Shown here: positions 38,464 through 48,097 of the stretch, piece by piece | How the letters are laid out: every line of letters begins with the position of its first letter | Position numbering within the stretch: the first letter of the stretch is position 1 | Source: Actinomycetes bacterium | Lineage (GTDB): Bacteria > Actinomycetota > Acidimicrobiia > Acidimicrobiales > JAMCPL01 | Direction of reading: 5' to 3' | Assembly: GCA_021841005.1 (NCBI GenBank) | Contig: JAKBVZ010000020.1 | Span: 20,752-84,751 of the forward strand | Length of the DNA: 64,000 nucleotides | Program-made: the position numbers and the translations under genes | Notes under the pieces: generated by a model | The model's input: only the letters and a program-made list of their open reading frames with translations | The model's database searches: none | Told to the model about the DNA's origin: nothing

Positions 38464-40134
38464 CTAATCTTTACGGTTGGCGATCGCAGGAAGCTTCACG
38501 ATGACCTGAGTGTAACTTGTCTTGTCATAATGGATATCGTTTTCCGTGCCCGCTCCGACACTGGCTTCAGTGGTACCCTCGGTTGTAGCTGGAGTTGCGG
38601 CATCCGTGATGGCACTCGTAGTGTCTCTCGTAACATCTTGTGTCACACCATGTCTTGCTCTATGTCTCACGCTATGTCTCATATGCTCGGCGCTGCCTGT
38701 TGCAGCACTACCTCCAGTAGCTGTCGTGATGCTTGACGTGGTAGCCGGCGTGGCGCTTTGAATGGTAACGGTGCCACCGTGCGCCTCGACGATTTGCCGT
38801 GTAATCGCCAGCCCCAAACCGAAACCTGGCACCTGCCGCGATCCCTGGCCACGATAGAATCGGTCGAATACATGCTCGAGATCTCTCGCCGGGATGCCTG
38901 GTCCGCTGTCACGAATTGACAGCTCCCCGTCGTGCAATGTCACATCCACCGCCTTGCCAGGTGGACTCCATTTGGCGGCATTGTCGAGGATGTTGGAGAT
39001 GGCTCGCTCCAATCTGGACCTCGATCCACTTACTGAAAACGGTTCGAGACGACTCTCCACTATAATGTCCGGATAGGCCAATTCTACGCGACTGATACAC
39101 GTCATCACAATCTCGTCAAGGTCTACCGCCTCATCAGACCCAGGCATGGCGACACCTTCATCTTCACGAGCAAGATCCACAAGGTCGCCAACCAGCAGGG
39201 CCAAGCTGTCAAACTGCTCCCGGACGTCAGCCACAAGCTGAGCCCGCTCGACGGCCGGTAGGGACTCGTCCCCTGCCAGTACCTCTACATTTGTCCTCAA
39301 CCCCGCAAGAGGGGTCCTCAGCTCATGGGATGCATCGGCCACAAGCTGACGCTGCGAACGCTGGGTGGCTTCCAGGACGCCAAGCATAGAATTGAGGGTA
39401 TGGGCAAGACGCCCGATCTCGTCCAGCTTGCCCACTGCTATGCGCTCATGGAGATCGCCTGTGGCCTTCACCGCCTCAACTGCCCTGGTAAGCCGTCTGA
39501 TCGGCCTGAGAGCGGCCCCGGTGACCAGTAGCCCGAGCAGGAGAGCAAAGAGGATGCCAGCCGAGCTCACTATTACAAGCACAAGAAGGAGACGGCTCAA
39601 CTCGTCACGAATCGATCCCACCGGCTTGATCACCTGGATGGCTTGGCCGGCAATGTACGGAGCCACCAGCATTCTCACGGGAACCCCGGAAATGGTAAGA
39701 TCCTCGAATGTACCTCTTGCGCTTCCCTCACCAGCTGCCGCGTGGCGGGCTAATGCCGTCACAGGCAGGTGGACGCTGGCATCCTGCGCTGCAATGACCA
39801 CTCCCTTGCTGTCTACTACCTGCACTAGCGTAGGCAACTCGGAAAGGCGGGCCAGTGTAGCTTTGCGAGGCTTGACGACCCTGGTTATACCGTGCTCGAA
39901 TACCAGTCCTTCTTCCCGTCGAAGTGCCGCATCCACTCTATGATACAGATCATGACGTACCACGATATAGACTGCAGTGGATGAAAGCAGGACGCCGGCT
40001 GCAACAGCCGCTGCCACCGCAAGCACCACCTTGGCCTTCCAGCTCAAAGAATGTCGAACCGACACGTCCCACATCCCTGCCAAAGCCAGCCCTGACTTCC
40101 ACCTGCCTGTACCGCCATCATCGTCGTTCTCCAT
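38464..40134 (-). CDS. Sensor histidine kinase (HAMP-HisKA-HATPase) with low-complexity insertion near the C-terminus
   Basis: H-box ADASHELRTPL, N-box LDNAAKW, G1 DSGPGI, G2 GFGLGLAI. An insert of about 85 aa, rich in Thr/Ala/His/Arg, precedes the final strand (VIVKLP). Confidence 0.9.
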   Translation of the reverse strand: MENDDDGGTGRWKSGLALAGMWDVSVRHSLSWKAKVVLAVAAAVAAGVLLSSTAVYIVVRHDLYHRVDAALRREEGLVFEHGITRVVKPRKATLARLSELPTLVQVVDSKGVVIAAQDASVHLPVTALARHAAAGEGSARGTFEDLTISGVPVRMLVAPYIAGQAIQVIKPVGSIRDELSRLLLVLVIVSSAGILFALLLGLLVTGAALRPIRRLTRAVEAVKATGDLHERIAVGKLDEIGRLAHTLNSMLGVLEATQRSQRQLVADASHELRTPLAGLRTNVEVLAGDESLPAVERAQLVADVREQFDSLALLVGDLVDLAREDEGVAMPGSDEAVDLDEIVMTCISRVELAYPDIIVESRLEPFSVSGSRSRLERAISNILDNAAKWSPPGKAVDVTLHDGELSIRDSGPGIPARDLEHVFDRFYRGQGSRQVPGFGLGLAITRQIVEAHGGTVTIQSATPATTSSITTATGGSAATGSAEHMRHSVRHRARHGVTQDVTRDTTSAITDAATPATTEGTTEASVGAGTENDIHYDKTSYTQVIVKLPAIANRKD

Positions 40135-40210
40135 CTCCGTAGGTCCTGTGTTCTCGACACAATCGGTCTTGCCCGCTCCGGCTCCGGTGGCATCTCACGG
40201 AACATCACTT

Positions 40211-40933
40211 TCATCCACCGATCCTTTCATCATGTGAACCGATTTCGTTCTGTGTCGAACTTCTCAATACATAACCGACTCCCCTGACCGTCTGGATCAG
40301 TCTGGGCGCACCACCAATCTCGGTCTTGCGCCGCAAGTAGCTTATGTACACATCCAAAGAGTTGGATGCAGGTCCGAAGTCGTATTCCCACACTTCCGCT
40401 GATATCACGTCACGAGTCAATACCCGCTCTGCGTGCAGCATGAGGAGTTCCAGCAGCCTGAACTCGGTCCTGGTGAGAACCAGCTCAGCATCTCCACGGG
40501 TCACCTTCCTGGTGGCGGTATTGCATTCAAGGTCTTCATAGCGCAATGTCTCAGGATCATCGGGACTTATACGTCTGAGCAATGCCCGCATCCTGGCAAG
40601 AAGTTCTTCCAACGCGAACGGCTTCACAAGATAATCATCCGCTCCTGCGTCGAGCCCCTCCACCCTGTCTGATATCGCATCCCGAGCTGTCAGCATCAGC
40701 ACAGGAACAGTATCGCCGGCAAGCCTGAGCCTGCGACATATTTCGAGTCCATCCGGATCAGGAATGGAAACATCCAGGATAATTGCATCGGGACTACTCG
40801 TATTCAAGTAACTCAGCGTGTCCTGGCCGGTCGTAGCGATATCGACAGCAAACCCATGAAGCGTAAGTGCCCGCTGGAGCGCTTTCAGCAGGCCCGGATC
40901 GTCATCCACGACAAGCAGGGTGGCGCTACTCAC
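40211..40933 (-). CDS. OmpR-family response regulator
   Basis: Receiver domain (LVVDDDPGLL, D in ILDVSIPDPDG, K in YLVKPF) plus a winged-helix output domain (LTRTEFRLLELL...RGVGYVL). Confidence 0.92.
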   Translation of the reverse strand: MSSATLLVVDDDPGLLKALQRALTLHGFAVDIATTGQDTLSYLNTSSPDAIILDVSIPDPDGLEICRRLRLAGDTVPVLMLTARDAISDRVEGLDAGADDYLVKPFALEELLARMRALLRRISPDDPETLRYEDLECNTATRKVTRGDAELVLTRTEFRLLELLMLHAERVLTRDVISAEVWEYDFGPASNSLDVYISYLRRKTEIGGAPRLIQTVRGVGYVLRSSTQNEIGSHDERIGG

Positions 40934-41061
40934 GACTGCGACATCACCCCAATACCCAACGTGAAATCTGAATCGCTATACAATATAGATAGTCTTGAAA
41001 TGCTAAGAGCCGGGGAGAGCGCGGGAGCAAGGACAATCATAAGAAGGCATCTACCCGTAGA

Positions 41062-41874
41062 TCACATATGCACTGCAAGGGTATTCACCAGCAAGTTCAG
41101 CATCTTTGCCACACTGGCCGGTCCAGCCAACAGGATATCGGCGCGCTCCAAAAGATCTCCTGGAATCTCAGGACTGTTCACCGCCACCCGCAATACCACA
41201 CTTCCAGATCGCGACAGTACGTCCAATGCATCGTATGCCTTGAGGTCACCGGCATCGTCACCAATGTAGCAGATCCTCTTCCGGCCATCCACCAGTTTCG
41301 TCACCGTGCTTCCCTTGTCGACATTGACAGGCACCCTAACTTCTATCGCCATCCTGCCCGGCTGCAGTTCCAATCCGTATACGTCAGCAAGCCGCACCGC
41401 AATCTGAAGCGCCTCTTGGGCCAACTCGGGAGCATTCCGCCAGTGCAACGCAAACCCAAGTCCCTTGTCCTCCAAGAATACACCGGCAGGCCGATCTTTC
41501 CACGCTTCGTCATGAGCGAGCCTGATCCGCTCTTCCCAACGGTTGGCGCCCGGCTCCATAAGCCTCTTGCCATCTACAAGCATCTCGAGCCCGTACATTC
41601 CGGCCAATATGACATCGTTGCCGGCACCGGCCAGCCTGTCCTCCAGGAAATCAAGCGGCCGACCGGAAATCACCGCTACGGTTGCCAGATGGTGAGCCAA
41701 GATGCCGAGCAACTCTGGAATACCAGACACGGCTACCGCTCTGCCTGGTTCAGGTACTATATCAGCCACAGTGCCGTCGAAATCAAGAAGGAGCGCTGTC
41801 GATTGGCCGTCAGCAGCCAGCCAGCCGGCCAGCTGCTCCTCTCCGGTTGGACATCCCTCCGGTACGCTACACAT
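41062..41874 (-). CDS. otsB: Trehalose-6-phosphate phosphatase (HAD family)
   Basis: HAD motif I LLDFDGTVADIV, motif with ISGRP, and C-terminal YIGDDAGD. Confidence 0.8.
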   Translation of the reverse strand: MCSVPEGCPTGEEQLAGWLAADGQSTALLLDFDGTVADIVPEPGRAVAVSGIPELLGILAHHLATVAVISGRPLDFLEDRLAGAGNDVILAGMYGLEMLVDGKRLMEPGANRWEERIRLAHDEAWKDRPAGVFLEDKGLGFALHWRNAPELAQEALQIAVRLADVYGLELQPGRMAIEVRVPVNVDKGSTVTKLVDGRKRICYIGDDAGDLKAYDALDVLSRSGSVVLRVAVNSPEIPGDLLERADILLAGPASVAKMLNLLVNTLAVHM

Positions 41875-41905
41875 GACTGCAGCTTAGCCGTGGATGTAAC
41901 TGATC

Positions 41906-43174
41906 TTACTTCATGCGTGATGCAGCGGAACCTGGCAATCTCCTGCCCGATACAGTGCAGTTTACTATCGCCACCCAGTGCCCTTTCTCACCAGCCACCC
42001 ACGGCACCAGATTCCTGTTACGGATCTCCTCTGACCACTGGTCGACAGCCTCCGTAATGTCTCGACCAAACCCGTTGACCACCACGCTCCAGCCTTCATG
42101 TATGCTCTCATCCAGCTGATCGATCTCCATGGATACAGGATGGAACGATGCTCCTTCAAGCTTCATGCCCGGATCTGTACGGAATGCTATGGTACGGCCA
42201 TCAAGTAGGTAGTTGACCACAAAAATGCGGGGCTCCTTGTTGTCGAGTATGGCAAGCCGCCCAACCGAGTGACTTTGCAGCAGGGCAAAACACTCGTTTT
42301 CAGATAGTTCTTCGAGATAGCCGCGACCTGCCGCCGTGGTGACGTTACGCCCTTGAGCCTGTCCTGTGTCCTGATCCTGGTCCTGCTCGCCGACCTGTAC
42401 CTGGACCGCATCGCGCGCTCCTGATGCCTGGTCACTTCTCCCGCCATGCGTCATCAGCAGATCTTTATCCTTTGTGGCAGCATCCACCGTATTTCCTTTC
42501 CCAACGTCATCTTTCGCTGCACCATCGTGTACAACCACAACAGGGCATGTAGCATGCGATACGAGGAACTGGCTCGTCGATCCAATGAACAGATCAGCAA
42601 CCAGCCTTCGGTGGTGCCTTCCGACCACCAAAAGATCAGCATTCCTGCAAGCATTGAGGAGAACCCGGGATGGGCTACCGTTCACTGCGCGGGAGACTAT
42701 TTCCAGATCATCCAGACCAGTTACGTGGCTCTTAAGCGATTCCAGTGCCTTGTCGATCACGCCATCGGCCCACTGCTGGATTTCCAGCTCCGTTGGAATC
42801 GGCGGTACGTAAGCACCCGAAAGAGCCTCAAAGGGATACTGCCATGCATGCACCACTTGCAATACAGCGCCTCGTAAGCTGGCTTCTCGCGCAGCCCAGA
42901 ACAGCGCCCTCAGTGACGTAGGCGTACCATCCACCCCTGCCACAATCGTCGGTTTGCGATTTGCCCAGCCTGGCTCACCATCATTTCCTAGTATATTGGT
43001 GTCGCCGGCTTCACTGGCAGGTTCTCTCAGCGGTTCGCTGCCGGTCATACCGTTATCGCCGGTTCGCTGCCGGTTATCAGGCTCGCGCTCTTCATCAGCC
43101 CCTGATCCATCACTCACAACCATACTGAAACCTCCTTTGCACCAAAGATCACCATCGATCCCTGCAACATGCAC
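41906..43174 (-). CDS. Universal stress protein domain fused to a pyridoxamine-5-phosphate-oxidase-like (FMN split-barrel) domain
   Basis: Usp core (IVAGVDGTPTS...LLVVGRHHR...GSTSQFLVSHATCPVVVV) is followed by a PPOX-like C-terminus (ECFALLQSHSVGRLAILDNKEPRIFVVNYLLDGRTIAFRT). Confidence 0.7.
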   Translation of the reverse strand: MHVAGIDGDLWCKGGFSMVVSDGSGADEEREPDNRQRTGDNGMTGSEPLREPASEAGDTNILGNDGEPGWANRKPTIVAGVDGTPTSLRALFWAAREASLRGAVLQVVHAWQYPFEALSGAYVPPIPTELEIQQWADGVIDKALESLKSHVTGLDDLEIVSRAVNGSPSRVLLNACRNADLLVVGRHHRRLVADLFIGSTSQFLVSHATCPVVVVHDGAAKDDVGKGNTVDAATKDKDLLMTHGGRSDQASGARDAVQVQVGEQDQDQDTGQAQGRNVTTAAGRGYLEELSENECFALLQSHSVGRLAILDNKEPRIFVVNYLLDGRTIAFRTDPGMKLEGASFHPVSMEIDQLDESIHEGWSVVVNGFGRDITEAVDQWSEEIRNRNLVPWVAGEKGHWVAIVNCTVSGRRLPGSAASRMK

Positions 43175-43320
43175 CTCGATACTCTGTATTATGCGCCCGT
43201 ACGTAACCTACCGCAACGGGGATGCCACCTAGCACGGCACCGTAGGACCACGGAAATTTTGTAAAAGTCACGTACGTAATAAAAAATAGATCAAACTTGA
43301 GCATCTGTGCATCATGTCTC

Positions 43321-43349
43321 TTGACATATACTATAATAGGATTTATACT
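43321..43349 (+). promoter_or_regulatory. Sigma-70-type promoter for hsp20
   Basis: TTGACA-17 nt-TATACT, with the -10 element ending about 45 nt upstream of the hsp20 ATG. Confidence 0.55.
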
Positions 43350-43394
43350 GTTAGTAGTTAGAGAAAACCATACAGGACAAGTAGAAAGGAGAAA

Positions 43395-43871
43395 ATGACT
43401 ATGCTCATGAGATTCGATCCATTCAGAGAAACTGACCGTTGGGCTGACCAGGCCTTGGCTGCACTGGCAGGATTGCCCGGAAGGGTTGGCTCCATGCCGC
43501 TCGATGCCTACCGCCACGGGGACGAGTTGACCATCTATGTAGATCTGCCAGGGGTAGATCCTGGCTCGATCGAGCTAACGGTGGAAAAGAACGTTCTTAC
43601 CGTAGCCGCAGAGCGCAGAGGACTGGAGGAAGAAGATAGTGAGGTGCTGGTGAATGAGCGTCCTACGGGTAAGTTCACAAGACAGCTGTTCTTGGGCGAG
43701 GGCCTCGATACAAGCAAGGTGGAGGCCTCTTACGACAAGGGGGTTCTCAGAGTGCTCATCCCCGTAGCCGAGCAGGCGAAGCCCCGTAAGGTACAGATAG
43801 CCACCGGTGGGAGCAACGGCAGCACACCGATAGAAGCAGGATCGAGAGAAACCGCGCCTACGGGATCGTGA
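43395..43871 (+). CDS. Small heat-shock protein (Hsp20/alpha-crystallin)
   Basis: Alpha-crystallin domain: DAYRHGDELTIYVDLPGVDPGSIELTVEKNVLTV...GKFTRQLFLGEGLD...ASYDKGVLRVLIP. Confidence 0.92.
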   Translation: MTMLMRFDPFRETDRWADQALAALAGLPGRVGSMPLDAYRHGDELTIYVDLPGVDPGSIELTVEKNVLTVAAERRGLEEEDSEVLVNERPTGKFTRQLFLGEGLDTSKVEASYDKGVLRVLIPVAEQAKPRKVQIATGGSNGSTPIEAGSRETAPTGS

Positions 43872-44265
43872 CCTGCGAAGTGGCCCACCTCCCACTGGCC
43901 GGTCGTCTGGTTGTGCTGCCATAAGCAACGCAACACGGTCGTGGAGAATGGTAGGGAGCTTGATATCATTGCCTGGGCAACGTACTGGCGATATACGTTG
44001 CCCAGGTATTACTATGCCATCCGCTTCACACTGGTTATCCACTTATCCACCACGCAAGGCCAGTTGCTTGTAGTGCTCGTTGCTGCCAGAAGATCCGGTA
44101 TGCACAGAACCGCCCCTATTTGCCATAACGGCGTAATGGCCAAAGTGCCCACATGCATACCGTAATCTCAACGTGAGACTAACCAAAAATATGCCATCCT
44201 GCTGCAACTCGCGCTATCGTATAGACTTACTCTTTGGCAAGCGCGTCGTGTCATATCGATGGCGA

Positions 44266-44339
44266 GCCGGTGTGGCGCAGTTGGCTAGCGCAGGCGATTT
44301 GTAATCGTCAGGTCGTGGGTTCGAATCCCACCACCGGCC
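44266..44339 (+). tRNA. tRNA-Thr (anticodon UGU)
   Basis: A hand-folded cloverleaf fits. Acceptor GCCGGTG/CACCGGC, D-arm GCGC-AGTTGGCTA-GCGC, anticodon arm GGCGA-TTTGTAA-TCGTC, T-arm GTGGG-TTCGAAT-CCCAC. 74 nt, no encoded CCA. Confidence 0.9.
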
Positions 44340-44521
44340 CTTTACAAGTGCTGATCACAAGCAGGGACAACTAGCAAGAATTGCATATACAAAATCAGCC
44401 AACCAATGACCAGGTAAGCTGTCTCTTTGCATTTGGTTATGAGACGGCAGAGCCAGTGGGAATCCCGAATACTCGGTCCCGCGTAGCCACAGCGATGGAC
44501 GCATAGGCTATTCTATTTGCC

Positions 44522-45874
44522 ATGACCCAACACGCCAAGCAAGGAACTTACGGTACCAGAGGTAGATCAGGAAAACAGGTGGACGAAAGCTCGATGGCTG
44601 GACTGTCTGCATTGAGCGCGCCCAGCCGGAAGCCGGTTGTAGGAGCGGCAATCGTCATCATCATTGCAGTGCTCGTCATTCTTCAGCTGGCACGAAGTGT
44701 TCCACCCGCCAGCATAAGCTTGACAAGTTCCAGCGCGCCGCTTACCTTCCCCGGTTCGGTTCCGAGCCTTCCCTGGCCAGCAAGCGGCGAGGCTGCACTG
44801 GCTATCGGCGGTATAGGTACCATCGGCGTCCATGGAGGGAATCAGCCACAACCCACTTGGAGCGTTGCAAAGCTCATGACCGCCTACCTGGTGCTTAAAG
44901 CTCACCCGCTCCAGCCAGGCGCCTCGGGACCCTCTCTCAGCGTCACCCCGGCAGATGTCGCCATCTACAACCATGACGTTGCCCAAGGCGACTCTGTGGT
45001 ACCGGTCACCGCAGGTGAAACACTGACCGAACGCCAAGCGCTGGAAGCACTGCTCATTCCCTCGGGAGATAACATAGCTCCGATTCTTGCCAACTGGGTT
45101 GCTGGATCGGAATCAGCCTTTGTTGCAAGGATGAATGCACAGGCGGCTGCTCTGGGCATGTCCAATACCCACTATGCAGACGCAAGTGGAGTGAACCCGG
45201 CCACGGTAAGCACTGCTGCCGACCAGCTCAAACTATTGGAATTCGTCTGGCAAGTGCCAGCGCTCAGGCATACGACCGAAATGGCCCAGGTAACCACCCT
45301 ACCAGCGCCATCGAACTGTGCAACGTGCATATACAACAACGATGCCATGATCGGTCATTATGGTTTCATTGGAGGGAAGACCGGGTCGGCCACCAACGGA
45401 GCTTTCTCGTTCGTCGCCCAAAAGACCATCGGAGGCCAACCCAGAACCATCTTCGGATCGGTAATGGGGCAGGTGGCATCATCGACCCCGACCCTGCCGA
45501 TGCCCCCCAATGCCAATAACCCGCTCAGTGTAATCGATCAGGCAGAAGCGGCGGCATATAACCTCGTGGACGCGCTCGGCAGTTTTCCTTTGGGACAATC
45601 CTCCCTCCCCGCCGGTACGTCACTGGGAACCATCTCAGTACCCTGGGCATCAAGCATCAAGGCGGTCACCAGCAGACCGCTCACCTTTTATGGTTATCCT
45701 GGCATCCACACCTCTATGACCGTGCGGAAAAGGAAGCTCGGCACTACGGTTTCCGCTCACCAGGTAGTCGCCACCCTTACCATCACTGCAGGCAACAGCA
45801 CCACCACAGTAAATCTCATGGCATCATCGGCCATACCAAGCCCAACGGTAACCTGGAAGCTGACCCGACTGTGA
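44522..45874 (+). CDS. D-alanyl-D-alanine carboxypeptidase (serine peptidase S11, PBP5-like)
   Basis: N-terminal TM anchor. Active-site motifs SVAK (SxxK) and SGDN (SxN), plus GGKTGS (KTG). Confidence 0.85.
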   Translation: MTQHAKQGTYGTRGRSGKQVDESSMAGLSALSAPSRKPVVGAAIVIIIAVLVILQLARSVPPASISLTSSSAPLTFPGSVPSLPWPASGEAALAIGGIGTIGVHGGNQPQPTWSVAKLMTAYLVLKAHPLQPGASGPSLSVTPADVAIYNHDVAQGDSVVPVTAGETLTERQALEALLIPSGDNIAPILANWVAGSESAFVARMNAQAAALGMSNTHYADASGVNPATVSTAADQLKLLEFVWQVPALRHTTEMAQVTTLPAPSNCATCIYNNDAMIGHYGFIGGKTGSATNGAFSFVAQKTIGGQPRTIFGSVMGQVASSTPTLPMPPNANNPLSVIDQAEAAAYNLVDALGSFPLGQSSLPAGTSLGTISVPWASSIKAVTSRPLTFYGYPGIHTSMTVRKRKLGTTVSAHQVVATLTITAGNSTTTVNLMASSAIPSPTVTWKLTRL

Positions 45875-46005
45875 CTTATTCCGGTTTTACTTTGAAGGAC
45901 CGGAACAGCTCGGCATGTTTGTCAGACAGTAGCCCAGTAAGAGCACACGCACAATCACCCAACACCAGTAAGCAAGAACTACCCGGCCGGCGGTTGGAGC
46001 ACGAT

Positions 46006-46244
46006 TAGAGGCTCAGCGGATAGGCATCTCGGGCTCGTCGTCCCCCTGGCTTCGCATCGCTGTGAAGTCGTGTATTGTCCATGCACGGAAGCTAGCCCTT
46101 CTGCCTCCACCTTGCACTACTCGCCCGGATGAACGCCTCCCTGATCTAAGCCGACAATCTACCAAGTCGCTACGGCCACTATGCCGTAGCCCGTGCGCTG
46201 GACCACGCCTCCCTGATCCAAGCTGCCTATCCGCTGAGCCTCTA
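46006..46244. repeat. 239-bp unit bounded by perfect 21-bp inverted repeats, containing MIRU-like locus B (19-bp direct repeat, 72-bp period)
   Basis: TAGAGGCTCAGCGGATAGGCA at 46006-46026 is the exact reverse complement of 46224-46244. Inside the unit, ACGCCTCCCTGATC[T/C]AAGC at 46133 and 46205 flanks a core with CTACGGCCACTATGCCGTAG. Confidence 0.85.
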
Positions 46245-46483
46245 GAGCATTGCGAACCTGATCCTATTGGAAAGAACCGAGCCAGGTGACCGTCGCAAAA
46301 GCGCGCCATCCTCGGTGAGTGCTATGCCGTGTATCCTCTCAAGAAGATCCAGGCACGTATCAAACCGCTAATAATCTCGGTACTTGACTCAGTTCCTTCC
46401 ATATACCCACAATCACATTATACTCCTGCCATCCCGTAATTACCACAAAAAATATGAAGGGCGTTGCGCTCCCCTTCGCTCAA

Positions 46484-47851
46484 TCACATTGTAGCGATAT
46501 TGCCAAACCGAGCATACCGATCCACAAACGACAAACGTACCAAACCAGTAGGACCATTCCTATGCTTGGCAATAATTACCTCCGCTGTTCCCCTATCCGG
46601 GGAATCTTGATTATATATCTCATCTCGATATATAAACAACACCACATCTGCGTCCTGTTCAATCGAACCGGATTCGCGCAGGTCTGCAAGCATCGGTCTC
46701 TTGTCCTGGCGCATCTCCAGGTTCCTCGACAGCTGGGACAGAGCGAGGACAGGAACATGCAGTTCCCTGGCCAGAATCTTGAGACCTCTGGATATCTCAG
46801 ATACTTCTACTTGGCGGTTCTCCGCATTATGCCGTCCGGTCATAAGTTGCATATAGTCCACCACGATCAGCCCTAGTCCACGATTGGAAGACATCAGCCT
46901 CCGCGACTTTGCCCTTATGTCCATGACGGTAAGATTTGGATTGTCGTCTATGAAGATTGGTGCATCATCCAGCTTGTTTATAGCGCCCCATATTTTGGCC
47001 CAGTCCGACTGGGAAAGGTGACCACTTCTCAGATGCTTTACGTCCACCTGGGATTCCGAAGATATAATGCGCTGCGATAACTCCAGGTGGCTCATCTCCA
47101 ACGAGAAAAGAAGTACGGGTATCTTGGAACGGATGGCGGCGTGGGTCAGCGCGCCCAATGCAAAACTGGTCTTGCCCATTGATGGCCGTGCTCCAACCAC
47201 CACCAGATTCGACGGCTGCAAGCCTGAAAGGTACTCATCGAGTCCTGTGTAACCAGTGGCGACGCCGGTAATCTGATGACCTGCTTCCTGGATGCGTTCC
47301 AGCGTCTCGACACTCTCTTTCAACAGCTCTGTAATGGGTTTCAAACTGTCAATAACTCTCCGGCTTGCGACCTCGAATATCATGGACTCTGCTCGGTCAA
47401 CTACTTCCAGGACATTTTCAGGGATTTCATAACCCATTTCCGCAATATCGCTCGCAACAACAATCAGCCGGCGTAGTAAAGACCGCTCCTCTACGATCCC
47501 GGCATAGTGCGAGGCGGAACTGATTGAGGGAGTGGATGCTTGAAGCGAGATCAGAACCGAAGGGTCTTCAAGGATCTCCGCATGACCCATTCTCCTGAGC
47601 TCTTCAGCCACCGTAACAGGATCTACGGGTTCCCCCTTGGTATACAGAGAACAGATGGCGGAAAAGATGTACCCGTGTGCAGGCTTGTAAAAATCTCCCG
47701 CCTGGCATCGTTCCAGCGCTACTGCAACGGCATCCCTGGATAGCAGCATAGAACCAAGCAGCGATTCCTCGGCCTCGATATTGTGTGGGGGAACCCTCCC
47801 ATTGAGAGGCTTTGCCGGTAAATGCTGTGAATGGGCGAGAGTCTGTACCAT
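46484..47851 (-). CDS. dnaB: Replicative DNA helicase DnaB (no intein)
   Basis: The N-terminus PPHNIEAEESLLGSMLL and Walker A GARPSMGKTSFAL are present. 455 aa. Confidence 0.97.
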   Translation of the reverse strand: MVQTLAHSQHLPAKPLNGRVPPHNIEAEESLLGSMLLSRDAVAVALERCQAGDFYKPAHGYIFSAICSLYTKGEPVDPVTVAEELRRMGHAEILEDPSVLISLQASTPSISSASHYAGIVEERSLLRRLIVVASDIAEMGYEIPENVLEVVDRAESMIFEVASRRVIDSLKPITELLKESVETLERIQEAGHQITGVATGYTGLDEYLSGLQPSNLVVVGARPSMGKTSFALGALTHAAIRSKIPVLLFSLEMSHLELSQRIISSESQVDVKHLRSGHLSQSDWAKIWGAINKLDDAPIFIDDNPNLTVMDIRAKSRRLMSSNRGLGLIVVDYMQLMTGRHNAENRQVEVSEISRGLKILARELHVPVLALSQLSRNLEMRQDKRPMLADLRESGSIEQDADVVLFIYRDEIYNQDSPDRGTAEVIIAKHRNGPTGLVRLSFVDRYARFGNIATM

Positions 47852-48097
47852 TACCTACAGTATGCGCCTTTCACCTGTGAGCATGCCACGGCATAAACCT
47901 GTGATATGCCTGTGGATTCCCTGACTTTTCCTCTGGACAAGCTGTGCAAATAATAGCTGCGAACAAAACAGCCGTGCGCGCACCTGATCACAGATGCCGA
48001 CATTTCCGCCATTTTCCACGAGGTGTCTCGTAGGCCACCATGATAAGCCGTACCGCTATAATTGATCATGGTTTCAGGCTACACAGGGCCTGTAACA

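Noticed and set aside
43290-43330. CTTGAGC upstream of hsp20 as a possible HspR HAIR operator.
   Set aside because: Only one half-site resembles CTTGAGT, and no inverted ACTCAAG partner lies at the expected spacing.
46484-47851. A check of dnaB for an intein, which is common in actinobacterial dnaB genes.
   Set aside because: The protein is 455 aa with contiguous helicase motifs and has no insertion.
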